A stretch of 64,000 nucleotides of DNA from Paenibacillaceae bacterium (GTDB taxonomy: Bacteria; Bacillota; Clostridia; Lachnospirales; Lachnospiraceae). Below are positions 1-9,721 of the stretch, piece after piece. How positions within the stretch are numbered: position 1 is the first letter of the stretch; each line of letters starts with the position of its first letter. Made by a program: the position numbers and the translations under genes. Under the pieces are notes generated by a model, which was not told the origin of the DNA, ran no database searches, and saw nothing but the letters and a program-made list of their open reading frames with translations. Where the stretch lies: the NCBI GenBank assembly GCA_015057715.1, contig SVDS01000006.1, positions 7,140 to 71,139 on the forward strand, in the 5' to 3' direction.

Positions 1-85
1 CCTCTTTTTCCCCTATAATTCTCGCCAGCGCTTCAAATGCCCTGACCGGATCTGCCTGATTGACTGTGGTGATAGTATCTGCCAC
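1..85 (-). CDS. 5' end of an unidentified gene running off the left edge (cargo side of the integrated element)
   Basis: GTG at 85-83 follows AAGGAGG (100-94). The frame stays open for 28 codons (VADTITTVNQADPVRAFEALARIIGEKE...) to the window edge. It is divergent from the recombinase gene. No family recognised. Confidence 0.3.
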   Translation of the reverse strand, partial: MADTITTVNQADPVRAFEALARIIGEKE

Positions 86-213
86 TACTACCACCTCCTT
101 TCTGGTTAATTGTATGTTCCGCTGTTTGTCCTTCTTACCTTATTTAAACCAATCACAGGAAACGGGTTTTAATTTTCTGCCGTAGGGAGTAGATTATACC
201 AGGAGATGATAGA

Positions 214-1611
214 ATGAAACGTGCTGAAAAATCAGAGAAACTGCTGCGGGTAGCCGTCTACATCCGTGTGTCTTCCGATGAACAGGCAGAACGGGGCGAT
301 TCCATAAGAGATCAAAAAGAGCGGGGCATTAAGTACATCGAAGAACATAAAAATATGGTTCTGCAGGATATTTATCTGGACGACGGCGTTTCCGGGCAGA
401 AAATTGACCGGGACGACTTTACCCGTCTAATGAATCAGGTAAAAGAAGGGCTTGTGGATCTGATTATATTTACCAAGCTGGACCGGTGGTTTCGCAGCCT
501 GCGCCACTATCTCAATACCCAGGCAGTCCTGGAAAAATATCATGCAGCATGGACCGCCATCGACCAGCCCTTCTTTGACACTTCCACTCCCTACGGCCGG
601 GCATTTGTGGCTCAATCCATGACCTGGGCAGAACTTGAGGCACAAAATGGCGGTCTTCGTGTGGCTGACGTCTTTCGTACAAAGGTCACCCACGGGGAAG
701 TCATAACAGGCAAAGTCCCACACGGATACCGGATCGAGAATAAGCATCTGGTACTGTCAGAGGAAGCCCCTGCCATTCAGGACACGATATTTTATTTCTT
801 AAAACATCAGTCCATGAATCAGACTGTAAAGTATTTAAAAGAGACACACGGAATCATCATGTCTGTGCAAAACTTTAAACAGTCAATCCTACGCAATGAA
901 AAATTCACCGGACGTTACAGAAGTAATGATACTTACTGTCCCCGTCTGATTTCCGATGAAGCCTTCCATCAGGTTCAGCGCATCCTGGATCATAACAGCA
1001 ATATAAAATCCAGCCAGAAATACCCCTACCTTTTCACCGGTCTTTTAGTGTGCGCCGAATGTGGTCAAAAAATGGGCGGCTGCCACATTAATACAGTTTC
1101 AAAGCGGAAGGACAAAACAGTACTCCGATATACATATCCAGCCTACGAATGTAAACGGCACCAGTCTTTCAGGAAGTGTGACAACGGGGGAGCAGTCAGG
1201 GAAATCCGCATCGAGGAATATCTTCTGAAAAATGTAATAGAACAGTTTGGATCCTATATAGCAGACTTTGAAGCAAAAAGCAAAAAGACAGTTGATAACC
1301 GTCAGAAAAAAAATCAGATTCAAAAGAAAATTAACCGGTTAAAGGATTTGTATCTAAATGAAGCAATTACACTGGAAGAATATAAAAATGACAGGGAAGA
1401 ATTAGAGATTCAGCTGAATAAACTTTCTGATACAAAGCAGCCGGCAGAAAGCCCGGAGGCTTTTATAAACATGATTAATAAAGATTTTGAAAGCATGTAT
1501 CAGCACCTTGATAACCAGCAAAAGCGCCTGTTCTGGCGGTCAGTTATTAAAGAAATACGCCTGAGTAAGCGCTCCCGCTGTCATCGGGAATATACCATTA
1601 TTTTTTTATAA
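214..1611 (+). CDS. Large serine recombinase (resolvase/invertase N-terminal domain + recombinase domain + zinc ribbon + coiled coil)
   Basis: 465-aa ORF. Catalytic-serine motif LRVAVYIRVSSDEQAERGDSIRDQ. Cys-rich zinc-ribbon region CAECGQK...YECKRH...KCDN. C-terminal coiled-coil-like KKINRLKDLYLNEAITLEEYKNDREELEIQLNKL. Confidence 0.9.
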   Translation: MKRAEKSEKLLRVAVYIRVSSDEQAERGDSIRDQKERGIKYIEEHKNMVLQDIYLDDGVSGQKIDRDDFTRLMNQVKEGLVDLIIFTKLDRWFRSLRHYLNTQAVLEKYHAAWTAIDQPFFDTSTPYGRAFVAQSMTWAELEAQNGGLRVADVFRTKVTHGEVITGKVPHGYRIENKHLVLSEEAPAIQDTIFYFLKHQSMNQTVKYLKETHGIIMSVQNFKQSILRNEKFTGRYRSNDTYCPRLISDEAFHQVQRILDHNSNIKSSQKYPYLFTGLLVCAECGQKMGGCHINTVSKRKDKTVLRYTYPAYECKRHQSFRKCDNGGAVREIRIEEYLLKNVIEQFGSYIADFEAKSKKTVDNRQKKNQIQKKINRLKDLYLNEAITLEEYKNDREELEIQLNKLSDTKQPAESPEAFINMINKDFESMYQHLDNQQKRLFWRSVIKEIRLSKRSRCHREYTIIFL

Positions 1612-1622
1612 TAATTTTGCCC

Positions 1623-1775
1623 CTAAATACATGAGCCGGTGTGCTGATTCATACCGGTCAGCTGATTAAATACCGTACTTTTCCCCACATTGGGGTTTCC
1701 GGCCAGCGCTATCACCAGATCATCTGGCTCCTTTTTTTTAATTTCCAGTCCACAGTCTACCGATTTGATTCCCAT
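1623..1775 (-). pseudogene. feoB: feoB 5' fragment (ferrous iron transporter B G-domain start), truncated by the element insertion
   Basis: ATG at 1775, 12 nt after the feoA stop. Translation [47 protein letters not shown] contains the FeoB G1/P-loop GNPNVGKS, then reads SCI-stop (TAG at 1625-1623). The expected continuation (NWPG...) is absent. Intact FeoB proteins are several hundred aa. Confidence 0.8.
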
Positions 1776-1786
1776 GGATTCTCTGC

Positions 1787-2101
1787 TTAGTCCCATATGT
1801 CTTCCTCCGCAGTGACACAGGCAGCCGCAATCCCCTCTCCATAACTGGGTTCAAAGGACTCCTGGTCATGATTCTGTATCAAAACCCTGACGGAATCTTC
1901 ATTTCGCAGGGCTATTACAGCACCTCTGATTAAAAATGCGGTTGGATCCCCAAGAGGACTTTTACCCACACACTCCACTACAGTGCCCTCAATCAGTCCC
2001 ATATCCTGTAATCTGCGTCTCATATCATCACAAACGGTCAGTCTGGAAATAATTCCTTTCTGACCTCTTTTTAAGTCATTTAAGCAAAAGCGTCCCGACA
2101 T
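1787..2101 (-). CDS. feoA: FeoA-family protein
   Basis: FeoA/SH3-like core GQKGIISRL...[48 protein letters not shown]. Start set at the ATG at 2101, preceded by GGAGG. The ORF-track start at 2128 is the alternative. Confidence 0.8.
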   Translation of the reverse strand: MSGRFCLNDLKRGQKGIISRLTVCDDMRRRLQDMGLIEGTVVECVGKSPLGDPTAFLIRGAVIALRNEDSVRVLIQNHDQESFEPSYGEGIAAACVTAEEDIWD

Positions 2102-2257
2102 CTCTTTAACCTCCGAAAAAGTTTCCATATCCTAACATATGCATTTGATAAAAAACAGGTTCCTGTCTCTCTTGTCCCCCCGCTGCCCTGGTAATTCATA
2201 GAATCTGTCGTCTAGGAATAGATATAACTAACAGCCGTATACAAGGAGGAACTGACT

Positions 2258-2677
2258 ATGCCTCAGAACGATAATTTTTATACATTAAAAGGTTACTCTC
2301 TTTTGGAGCATACAAAAATCACATCCTCGATGGAAGATTACCTGGAGATGATATACCGGCTATCTCAGGAGAACCAGCCTGTACGTATTAAGGAACTGGC
2401 TGAGTGTCTTCATGTTAAGCCCTCCTCTGCTTCTAAAATGACTGGGAATTTAAGGAAACAGGGGCTGGTTGGCTTTGAAAAATATGGGACTGTCTCCCTG
2501 ACCTCTGATGGAAAAGAGTTAGGGGAATATCTGTTGTTCCGACACCAGATTCTTACCCGTTTCTTTTGTTATGTCAACCAAAAAACCGATGATCTGGAGC
2601 AGGTGGAAAAAGTTGAGCATTTCATTGATCCGGAAACAGTGTATAATATTCAAAAATGGTTGGATAAATTTGCATAG
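2258..2677 (+). CDS. DtxR/MntR-family metal-dependent transcriptional regulator
   Basis: 139 aa. N-terminal wHTH MEDYLEMIYRLSQENQPVRIKELAECLHVKPSSASKMTGNLRKQGLV and a dimerisation/metal-site helix LFRHQILTRFF. RBS AAGGAGG. Divergent from feoA-feoB'. Confidence 0.85.
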   Translation: MPQNDNFYTLKGYSLLEHTKITSSMEDYLEMIYRLSQENQPVRIKELAECLHVKPSSASKMTGNLRKQGLVGFEKYGTVSLTSDGKELGEYLLFRHQILTRFFCYVNQKTDDLEQVEKVEHFIDPETVYNIQKWLDKFA

Positions 2678-2749
2678 ATATGCTTGTGTGATTTGATATT
2701 TCGTCGTATACTATAGCATAACACGAACATTTCTAAGGAGGAGAAACAC

Positions 2750-3946
2750 ATGGATAAGATTAAGATGACAACCCCCATAGTCGAAATGGATGGCGACGAG
2801 ATGACCCGTATTCTCTGGCAGATGATTAAGGACAACCTTCTGCTGCCCTATATTGACTTAAAGACAGAATATTATGACCTTGGATTGGAATATCGGGATC
2901 AGACAGATGACAAAGTGACCACTGATTCTGCTCTGGCCACAAAGAAATATAAAGTAGCCGTTAAATGCGCCACAATTACGCCTAATGCTGCCCGTGTAAA
3001 AGAATACAACTTAAAAGAGATGTGGAAAAGCCCCAACGGCACCATCCGTGCAATTCTCGACGGAACCGTATTCCGGGCACCTATTGTTGTTAAAGGAATC
3101 GAACCATGTGTTGTAAACTGGAAAAAGCCCATTACCATTGCCAGACATGCTTACGGTGATGTTTATAAAGGATCTGAGATGAAGATCCCGGGTGCCGGCA
3201 AAGTAGAACTTGTTTATACTGCCGCTGATGGAACAGAGGTACGGGAACTGGTTCATAACTTTGAGAGTGCCGGAATTGTCCAGGGTATGCATAATATTAA
3301 CAATTCTATTGAAAGCTTTGCAAGAAGCTGTTTTAATTATGCACTGGATACAAAGCAGGATTTATGGTTTGCAACCAAGGATACCATCTCCAAAAAGTAT
3401 GACCACACCTTTAAGGACATTTTCCAGGATATCTTTGATGCTGAGTATGAGAACCGCTTTAAGGAAGCAGGCATTGAATATTTCTATACCTTAATCGATG
3501 ATGCAGTAGCAAGAGTGATGAAATCAGAAGGCGGTTATATCTGGGCCTGCAAGAATTACGACGGAGACGTTATGAGTGACATGGTTTCCTCTGCATTTGG
3601 ATCTCTTGCCATGATGACATCAGTACTTGTTTCTCCTGACGGTGATTTTGAGTATGAAGCAGCTCACGGAACGGTACAGAGACATTATTATCAGCACTTA
3701 AAAGGTGGAGAAACTTCTACCAACTCCGTTGCTACTATTTTCGCCTGGACAGGCGCTTTAAGAAAGCGTGGAGAACTTGATGGCAATCAGGAACTGGCTG
3801 CATTTGCAGATAAGTTAGAGAAGGCAACTATCGATACCATCGAGTCTGGAGAGATGACAAAAGACCTTGCGCTTATCACAACAATAGAAAACCCAACTGT
3901 TTTAAACAGTGAGAATTTTATAAAAGCGATTGCAACACGACTTTAA
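2750..3946 (+). CDS. icd: NADP-dependent isocitrate dehydrogenase (about 400-aa homodimeric, eukaryote-like subtype)
   Basis: 398 aa. [17 protein letters not shown]..., [16 protein letters not shown] and [19 protein letters not shown] are typical of this IDH subfamily. RBS AAGGAGGAG. Confidence 0.9.
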   Translation: MDKIKMTTPIVEMDGDEMTRILWQMIKDNLLLPYIDLKTEYYDLGLEYRDQTDDKVTTDSALATKKYKVAVKCATITPNAARVKEYNLKEMWKSPNGTIRAILDGTVFRAPIVVKGIEPCVVNWKKPITIARHAYGDVYKGSEMKIPGAGKVELVYTAADGTEVRELVHNFESAGIVQGMHNINNSIESFARSCFNYALDTKQDLWFATKDTISKKYDHTFKDIFQDIFDAEYENRFKEAGIEYFYTLIDDAVARVMKSEGGYIWACKNYDGDVMSDMVSSAFGSLAMMTSVLVSPDGDFEYEAAHGTVQRHYYQHLKGGETSTNSVATIFAWTGALRKRGELDGNQELAAFADKLEKATIDTIESGEMTKDLALITTIENPTVLNSENFIKAIATRL

Positions 3947-3968
3947 TCATTAGATCGAATAGCCTTAG

Positions 3969-3997
3969 AAGCCGCCAACAGGCGGCTTTTTGCTTTT
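3969..3997 (+). terminator. Rho-independent terminator after icd
   Basis: Stem aagccgcc (3969-3976), loop aaca, stem ggcggctt (3981-3988), followed by tttgctttt. Confidence 0.65.
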
Positions 3998-4196
3998 AGA
4001 TTAAAAAGTAAGATGCTGCAAGCTAACTTAGTTAGTCTTGCAACATCCACTTTAATCCTGATATATAATCAACCATAATTCACCAATTCGCATAATTCAT
4101 ATCGACATTTTTTTCAAAATCTCTGTTCAACCCATTATCAAAATGATATAATGAAAGTTATCATATGAAGCACTGGTAATGGAAGGACCTATAAAC

Positions 4197-5075
4197 ATGA
4201 ATCTACGACATCTAACAATCTTTAAAACAGTATGTGAGGAAGGAAGCATTACAGGAGCGGCGAAAGCGTTGTCCATGACTCAGCCCGCTATCTCTCATGC
4301 CATCAATGAACTGGAAGAATCCGTTGGCTCTCCCCTGTTTGACCGTGTATCCCGAAGAGTAGTAATTAATGAAAATGGTAAATTTTATTTATCCAAAGTG
4401 ATTCCTCTTCTGGAGTTATACCAGGATCTGGAGAACTATTCTGGTTCCCTGCACTTACAGGCACCTTTGCGGGTAGGCTCCTGTGTGACTCTGGCCAGTT
4501 ACTTACTTCCAAACGCTGTTTCCCGTTTCGCTCTGACAAATCCCGACATACAACTGAAGGTTACCGTGGATAATTCCGGGGAAATCATCAGCAAACTGTT
4601 AAAGAATGAGCTGGATCTGGCTTTGGTAGAAGGTGTCGTATCCGACGAGCAGCTGGAGAAAATTCCATTCTCCTCCTATCCTATGGCCGTAATCTGTTCT
4701 CCAAACCATCCTTTTGCAAACCGGACTGCACAGCCGGTATCCCTGGACAGGCTGATTGAAGAACCTCTTTTATTACGAGAGACCGGCTGCACCATCAGAG
4801 ATACCTTTGACTGCGCGCTGGCACTGAATAACCTATCTGCAGAACCGTTGTGGACCAGTACCAATTCTGACGTAATTTTACAGGCAGCCAGAGAAAATAT
4901 CGGGATTGGTGTTGTACCAAGAATTTTTGCCGATGAATCCATTAAAAAGGGTGAGGTTTTTGAGATCGAGGTAAAAGATATGGAGATCAGCTGCATGAAC
5001 CATGTTGTGTTCCATAAAGACAAATTTCAGACAGAATCTTTTCAGGCATTTATTAATCTGGTCTTATTCGACTAA
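4197..5075 (+). CDS. LysR-family transcriptional regulator
   Basis: N-terminal HTH MNLRHLTIFKTVCEEGSITGAAKALSMTQPAISHAINELEESVGSPLFDR plus a periplasmic-binding-like effector domain. Start moved to the ATG at 4197 (canonical LysR N-terminus); the ORF-track start is 4179. Confidence 0.85.
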   Translation: MNLRHLTIFKTVCEEGSITGAAKALSMTQPAISHAINELEESVGSPLFDRVSRRVVINENGKFYLSKVIPLLELYQDLENYSGSLHLQAPLRVGSCVTLASYLLPNAVSRFALTNPDIQLKVTVDNSGEIISKLLKNELDLALVEGVVSDEQLEKIPFSSYPMAVICSPNHPFANRTAQPVSLDRLIEEPLLLRETGCTIRDTFDCALALNNLSAEPLWTSTNSDVILQAARENIGIGVVPRIFADESIKKGEVFEIEVKDMEISCMNHVVFHKDKFQTESFQAFINLVLFD

Positions 5076-5140
5076 TATAGAAACGAAAAATCGCCGCACA
5101 TCATCTCCCATCAGAGGCAGATTTGTGCGGCGATTTCTAT

Positions 5141-6448
5141 TTATGCTTTTTCAGACAGAATGTGATCAATACTTACTATCTTAACACAGAGTGCAAATAA
5201 TTCCATGGCCTGCTTTAAATCCGGCAGCGTCGGATAAGACGGTGCAATACGAATGTTGTTGTCATGAGGATCCTTTCCATATGGATAGGTGGCTCCTGCA
5301 CCAGTCATGACCAGACCTGCTTTTTTGCATTTTGCAACAATGGTTTTAGCACAGCCATCTAATGAATCAAAGGAAATAAAATATCCGCCTTTTGGACAGG
5401 TCCATTCACCTATAGAAAGACCGCCCAGCTCTTTTTCCAGAGTTTCAATCACAGCTTCAAATTTAGGTCTCATGATATCTGCATGCTTTCTCATATGCTC
5501 TACCATTCCATGAATGTCCCCAAAGAACCGTACATGACGAAGCTGGTTCACTTTATCATGGCCAATGGTCTGTATCTTTAGCTGCTTCATGATGTCCGTT
5601 AAGTTGTTCTCGCTAGCTGCAATAGCTGCGATACCGGATCCAGGGAAGCTTACCTTTGAGGTGGAAGCAAATTTATAAACCATATCCGGATTTCCGGCTC
5701 TCTTGCATTCTGCCAGAATCTCAATTAAATGATCCTGTTCGTTATCGTATAAATGATGAATGGTATAAGCATTATCCCAGTAAATACGGAAGTCGCTTGC
5801 TGCCGGTTTTAAACGGGCAAAACGGCGTACGGTTTCATCGGAGTAAGAAATCCCCTGAGGATTGGAGTACTTGGGTACACACCAGATACCCTTGATGGAA
5901 TCATCTGCTGCCACCAGCTGCTCTACCAGATCCATGTCCGGGCCGGTTGGAGTCATTGGAACGTTTATCATCTCAATTCCAAAGTATTCCGTTATGGAGA
6001 AATGTCTGTCATATCCGGGTACAGGACAAAGGAACTTCACTTTATCCAGCTTACACCAGGGAGTGCTACCCATAACACCGTGGGTCATGGAACGGGAAAC
6101 GGTATCATACATTACATTTAAGCTGGAATTGCCATAAATAATAATGTGATCCGGTGCAACCTCCATCATATCGGCAAGAAGTTCCTTTGCCTCCTTGATT
6201 CCATCAAGCACACCATAATTTCTGCAGTCTGTACCGTCATCACAGGTTAAATCATCGCTGCTGCTTAACACATCCATCATTCCCATGGAGATATCCAGCT
6301 GCTCGGCACTTGGCTTTCCTCTGGACATATCAAGCTTTAAGTCTCTGCCCTGAAACTCCTTATACTGTGCAGAAAGTTCCTTTCTAAGCTCCTGTAACTC
6401 TTCCTTTGTCATCTCAACATACGGCTTCATAGATTTCTTCCTCCTCAT
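5141..6448 (-). CDS. PLP-dependent aminotransferase (class I/II fold), last gene of the aspS-gatCAB operon
   Basis: 435-aa ORF 11 nt downstream of gatB. Aminotransferase-like fold regions (YGNSSLNVMYD, STSKVSFPGSGIAA with a candidate PLP lysine). An alternative start at 6430 also has an RBS. A bidirectional hairpin (5088-5135) follows. Confidence 0.75.
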   Translation of the reverse strand: MRRKKSMKPYVEMTKEELQELRKELSAQYKEFQGRDLKLDMSRGKPSAEQLDISMGMMDVLSSSDDLTCDDGTDCRNYGVLDGIKEAKELLADMMEVAPDHIIIYGNSSLNVMYDTVSRSMTHGVMGSTPWCKLDKVKFLCPVPGYDRHFSITEYFGIEMINVPMTPTGPDMDLVEQLVAADDSIKGIWCVPKYSNPQGISYSDETVRRFARLKPAASDFRIYWDNAYTIHHLYDNEQDHLIEILAECKRAGNPDMVYKFASTSKVSFPGSGIAAIAASENNLTDIMKQLKIQTIGHDKVNQLRHVRFFGDIHGMVEHMRKHADIMRPKFEAVIETLEKELGGLSIGEWTCPKGGYFISFDSLDGCAKTIVAKCKKAGLVMTGAGATYPYGKDPHDNNIRIAPSYPTLPDLKQAMELFALCVKIVSIDHILSEKA

Positions 6449-6458
6449 AAAGATTCCT

Positions 6459-7892
6459 CTAACCTAACAGTTCCTTCAGAATTCGGTTGACCGCTCCTGG
6501 ATCAGCCTTTCCTTTCATGGAACGCATGGTCTGACCAACCAGAAAGCCCATGGCTTTCTCTTTTCCGTTCCGGTAATCCTCAACAGACTGGGGATTTGCA
6601 GCAAGAATCGCCTCAATGGCGGACTTAAGGGCACCTTCATCGCTTACGACTTTCAGTCCCTTTTCCTCTACATACCGCTCCGGATCGATATCATTTAAGA
6701 AAATCTGCTCAAACACTTCCTTGGCAACCGTGCGGTTAATGGTTCCATTATCCACTAAAACAATCAGTTTTGCAAGATTTTCCGCAGAAAATGTCATATT
6801 TTCCATTTCCATCTCATGTTCTTTTAACAGTCTCATGCCCTCTACCATCAGCCAGTTTGCTGCTTCTTTCGGCTTCTGACAGATGGCTGTAACCTGTTCA
6901 AATATATCAGCCATGTGCTTGGATCCGGTAATAATATCCGCATCGTATTCAGAAAGACTATATTCCTCCTGATATCTTGCCATCTTCTCGGTCCTCAGTT
7001 CCGGCTGCTTCTCTTTAATGCTCTGAATCCACTCATCACTTATGGAAATAGGCGGCAGATCAGGATCCGGGAAATAACGGTAATCTTTCGCATCCTCTTT
7101 GGAACGCATGGCATGAGAAGACTCCTTGTTGTCATCCCAGCGCCTGGTTTCCTGAACCACTGCTTTCCCGTCTTCAATCAGCTCGATCTGACGTTTTCTC
7201 TCCCCTTCAATGGCACGGGCAATGGCTTTAAAGGAGTTTAAGTTCTTCATCTCTGTTCTTGTTCCGAACTGGGAAGCGCCTGCTTCTCTTACCGATAAGT
7301 TTACATCAGCTCTCATGGAACCTTCCTGCAGTTTGCAGTCAGAGGCGCCTAAGTACTGAATGATTAAACGCAGCTTCTCTAAGTAAGCGATTACCTCATC
7401 TGCACTTCTCATATCCGGCTCGGAAACAATCTCAATTAATGGAACTCCGCTTCGGTTAAAATCAACTAAGGAACAATCTTCCCATTCATCGTGAATCAGT
7501 TTTCCTGCATCCTCTTCCATATGGATCTCATGAATTCCTATCTTTTTCTTTCCTGCAGCTGTATCAATCTCCACATATCCGTCGTGGCAGATGGGAAGAT
7601 AAAGCTGGGAGATCTGATAGTTCTGGGGATTGTCAGGATAAAAATAATTTTTTCGGTCAAATTTACAATTCTGGTTGATCTGGCAGTTAGCTGCAAGGCC
7701 TACTGCAAGGGCGTATTCCACCACCTGTTTGTTAAGAACCGGAAGAGATCCCGGCATTCCGGTGCAGACCGGACAGGTATGAGTATTGGGCGCTCCGCCG
7801 AATTCTGTGGAACAGGAGCAGAAGATTTTTGTTTTTGTAGCAAGTTCAACATGAACTTCCAGACCAATCACTATTTCATACTGTTTGCTCAT
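6459..7892 (-). CDS. gatB: Asp-tRNA(Asn)/Glu-tRNA(Gln) amidotransferase subunit B
   Basis: 477 aa. N-terminus YEIVIGLEVHVELATKTKIFCSC...PVCTGMPGSLPVLN and the C-terminal YqeY-like tail are canonical GatB. Confidence 0.95.
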   Translation of the reverse strand: MSKQYEIVIGLEVHVELATKTKIFCSCSTEFGGAPNTHTCPVCTGMPGSLPVLNKQVVEYALAVGLAANCQINQNCKFDRKNYFYPDNPQNYQISQLYLPICHDGYVEIDTAAGKKKIGIHEIHMEEDAGKLIHDEWEDCSLVDFNRSGVPLIEIVSEPDMRSADEVIAYLEKLRLIIQYLGASDCKLQEGSMRADVNLSVREAGASQFGTRTEMKNLNSFKAIARAIEGERKRQIELIEDGKAVVQETRRWDDNKESSHAMRSKEDAKDYRYFPDPDLPPISISDEWIQSIKEKQPELRTEKMARYQEEYSLSEYDADIITGSKHMADIFEQVTAICQKPKEAANWLMVEGMRLLKEHEMEMENMTFSAENLAKLIVLVDNGTINRTVAKEVFEQIFLNDIDPERYVEEKGLKVVSDEGALKSAIEAILAANPQSVEDYRNGKEKAMGFLVGQTMRSMKGKADPGAVNRILKELLG

Positions 7893-9389
7893 TTACTTCT
7901 CCTCCTTTTCTTTCATGGCCTTTGCTGCCAGAGAAGGCATCTCATAGGTTCTGCTTTGCTCCACTGCAAAACCGGCCCTTAAAATATTCTTTTCCTGGAA
8001 ACAGTCTGCAATCAGCTGTACGCCGATGGGAAGTCCTTTTTCATCTGTTCCGAACGGAACGGAAAGACCGGGAAGTCCGGCTAAGTTTACAGAGATTGTA
8101 TAGATATCTCCCAGGTACATCTTTAAAGGATCGCTTAAGCTTTCGCCCAGTCTTGGGGCTGTGGTCGGTGCCGCTGGTCCTAAAATTACATCATATTTGG
8201 AAAACGCCTCATCAAAGGCTTTCTTAATCAGCGCTTTTGTCTTTAATGCCTTCAAATAATATGCGTCATAATAACCGGAACTGAGTACGAAAGAACCTAA
8301 CATAATACGGCGTTTTACTTCCGGTCCGAAGCCCTCAGAACGGCTCTTTTTATACATGCCGTGAAGTCCTGTATATTCCTTCGCCCGGTATCCGTATTTT
8401 ACACCGTCAAAACGGGACAGATTGGAGCTGGCTTCTGCAGAAGCGATTACATAATATGCCGGAATGGCGTATTCCACCATGCCCAGATCAAAGGTCTCCA
8501 CAACAGCTCCCTTTTCTTCCAGTACCTTAGCAGCCTTTAAAACAGCCTCTTTTACTTCCGGCTCCAGGCCTTCTCCCATATAATCAGCAGGAATTCCCAC
8601 CTTTAAGCCTTTAACCTCACCGGTTAAATACTTGGTAAACTCATAATCCTCCCGCTGTACGGAAGTACTGTCCATACCATCATGGGAAGCCAGAACCTCA
8701 AGAATGGCTGCACAGTCAGTCACATCCTTTGCTACCGGCCCAATCTGATCTAAGGAGGAACCGTAAGCGATAAGGCCATAGCGGGAAATCGTTCCGTAAG
8801 TTGGCTTTAAACCTGTAACTCCACAAAAGGAAGCCGGCTGTCTGATGGAACCGCCCGTATCAGAGCCCAGAGCGAAAAAGCACTCTGCAGCTGCTACTGC
8901 CGCACAGGAACCGCCGGAAGAACCACCGGGAACATGCTCCGGATTCCAGGGGTTTCTGGTAACGCCAAATGCAGAAGTTTCCGTTGTACTTCCCATCGCA
9001 AACTCATCCATGTTGGTTTTTCCGATGATCACAGCTCCAGCCTGTTTTAAATTCTCCACCGCCTTGGCATTGTAGGTAGGAACAAAATCGGATAAGATTT
9101 TAGAACTGCAGGTCGTTTTCAGTCCTTCCATGCAGATGTTATCCTTAACCGCTGCCGGAACACCGGCAAGAGGACCAGTCAGTTCTCCTGATTCAATGCG
9201 CTTTTGGATCTCCTCTGCCTGTTTTAAGGCACCTTCTTCATCAATGGTTACGTAGCTGTTAAGCTCCGGTTCCATGGCCTTAATCTGGCCTAAAACGGCT
9301 TTTACAGCCTCTGGGGAGGTAACCTCTCCCTCTTTTATCTTTTTCCCCAGCTGTACCGCTGTGAGGGACAATATTTCGCTTGCTGTCAT
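7893..9389 (-). CDS. gatA: Asp-tRNA(Asn)/Glu-tRNA(Gln) amidotransferase subunit A
   Basis: 498 aa. Amidase signature GGSSGGSCAAVAA...GSDTGGSIRQPASFCG. Directly abuts gatB. Confidence 0.95.
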   Translation of the reverse strand: MTASEILSLTAVQLGKKIKEGEVTSPEAVKAVLGQIKAMEPELNSYVTIDEEGALKQAEEIQKRIESGELTGPLAGVPAAVKDNICMEGLKTTCSSKILSDFVPTYNAKAVENLKQAGAVIIGKTNMDEFAMGSTTETSAFGVTRNPWNPEHVPGGSSGGSCAAVAAAECFFALGSDTGGSIRQPASFCGVTGLKPTYGTISRYGLIAYGSSLDQIGPVAKDVTDCAAILEVLASHDGMDSTSVQREDYEFTKYLTGEVKGLKVGIPADYMGEGLEPEVKEAVLKAAKVLEEKGAVVETFDLGMVEYAIPAYYVIASAEASSNLSRFDGVKYGYRAKEYTGLHGMYKKSRSEGFGPEVKRRIMLGSFVLSSGYYDAYYLKALKTKALIKKAFDEAFSKYDVILGPAAPTTAPRLGESLSDPLKMYLGDIYTISVNLAGLPGLSVPFGTDEKGLPIGVQLIADCFQEKNILRAGFAVEQSRTYEMPSLAAKAMKEKEEK

Positions 9390-9400
9390 TTTAATTCCCC

Positions 9401-9694
9401 CTATTCCACTGTCTTCGGCACTTTGAACGCTCCATCTTTGCTTTCCGGTGCATTCTTTAGAATCTGGTCTCTGTCGTCTCCGTTAGTCACCACATCTTCC
9501 CGGAAAACATTGTAAACCGGAAATACATGTGACATGGGTTCCACCCCATCTGTATCAAGTTCATTTAATTTATCAATATAATCAAGCATACGGCCCATAT
9601 CCTTTTTAGCCGCTTCCTTTTCTGCATCATCAAGCTCCAGCTTGGCGAGAATGCCTACATACTCGATTGTTTCATCATCAATGATGTGCGCCAT
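9401..9694 (-). CDS. gatC: Asp-tRNA(Asn)/Glu-tRNA(Gln) amidotransferase subunit C
   Basis: 97 aa. GatC-like [33 protein letters not shown]. Positioned between aspS and gatA. Confidence 0.9.
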   Translation of the reverse strand: MAHIIDDETIEYVGILAKLELDDAEKEAAKKDMGRMLDYIDKLNELDTDGVEPMSHVFPVYNVFREDVVTNGDDRDQILKNAPESKDGAFKVPKTVE

Positions 9695-9721
9695 TTCTTT
9701 TCGTCTCCTTTTCGCCTTCTA

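Larger units (their letters stand above)
1..1634. mobile_element. Right end of an integrated element (prophage or integrative element) bounded by a large serine recombinase gene; partial, continues left of the window
   Basis: The recombinase stop (1609-1611) lies about 23 bp from the point where the FeoB reading frame loses homology (about 1634/1635). A recombinase gene abutting the attachment site is the usual layout for large-serine-recombinase elements. Confidence 0.55.

Noticed and set aside
4012-4047. Imperfect 17-bp-arm inverted repeat between icd and the LysR gene.
   Set aside because: It has two mismatches or indels, no T-tract and no clear relation to a promoter. It could be a secondary hairpin or a LysR-type site, but I cannot support either call.
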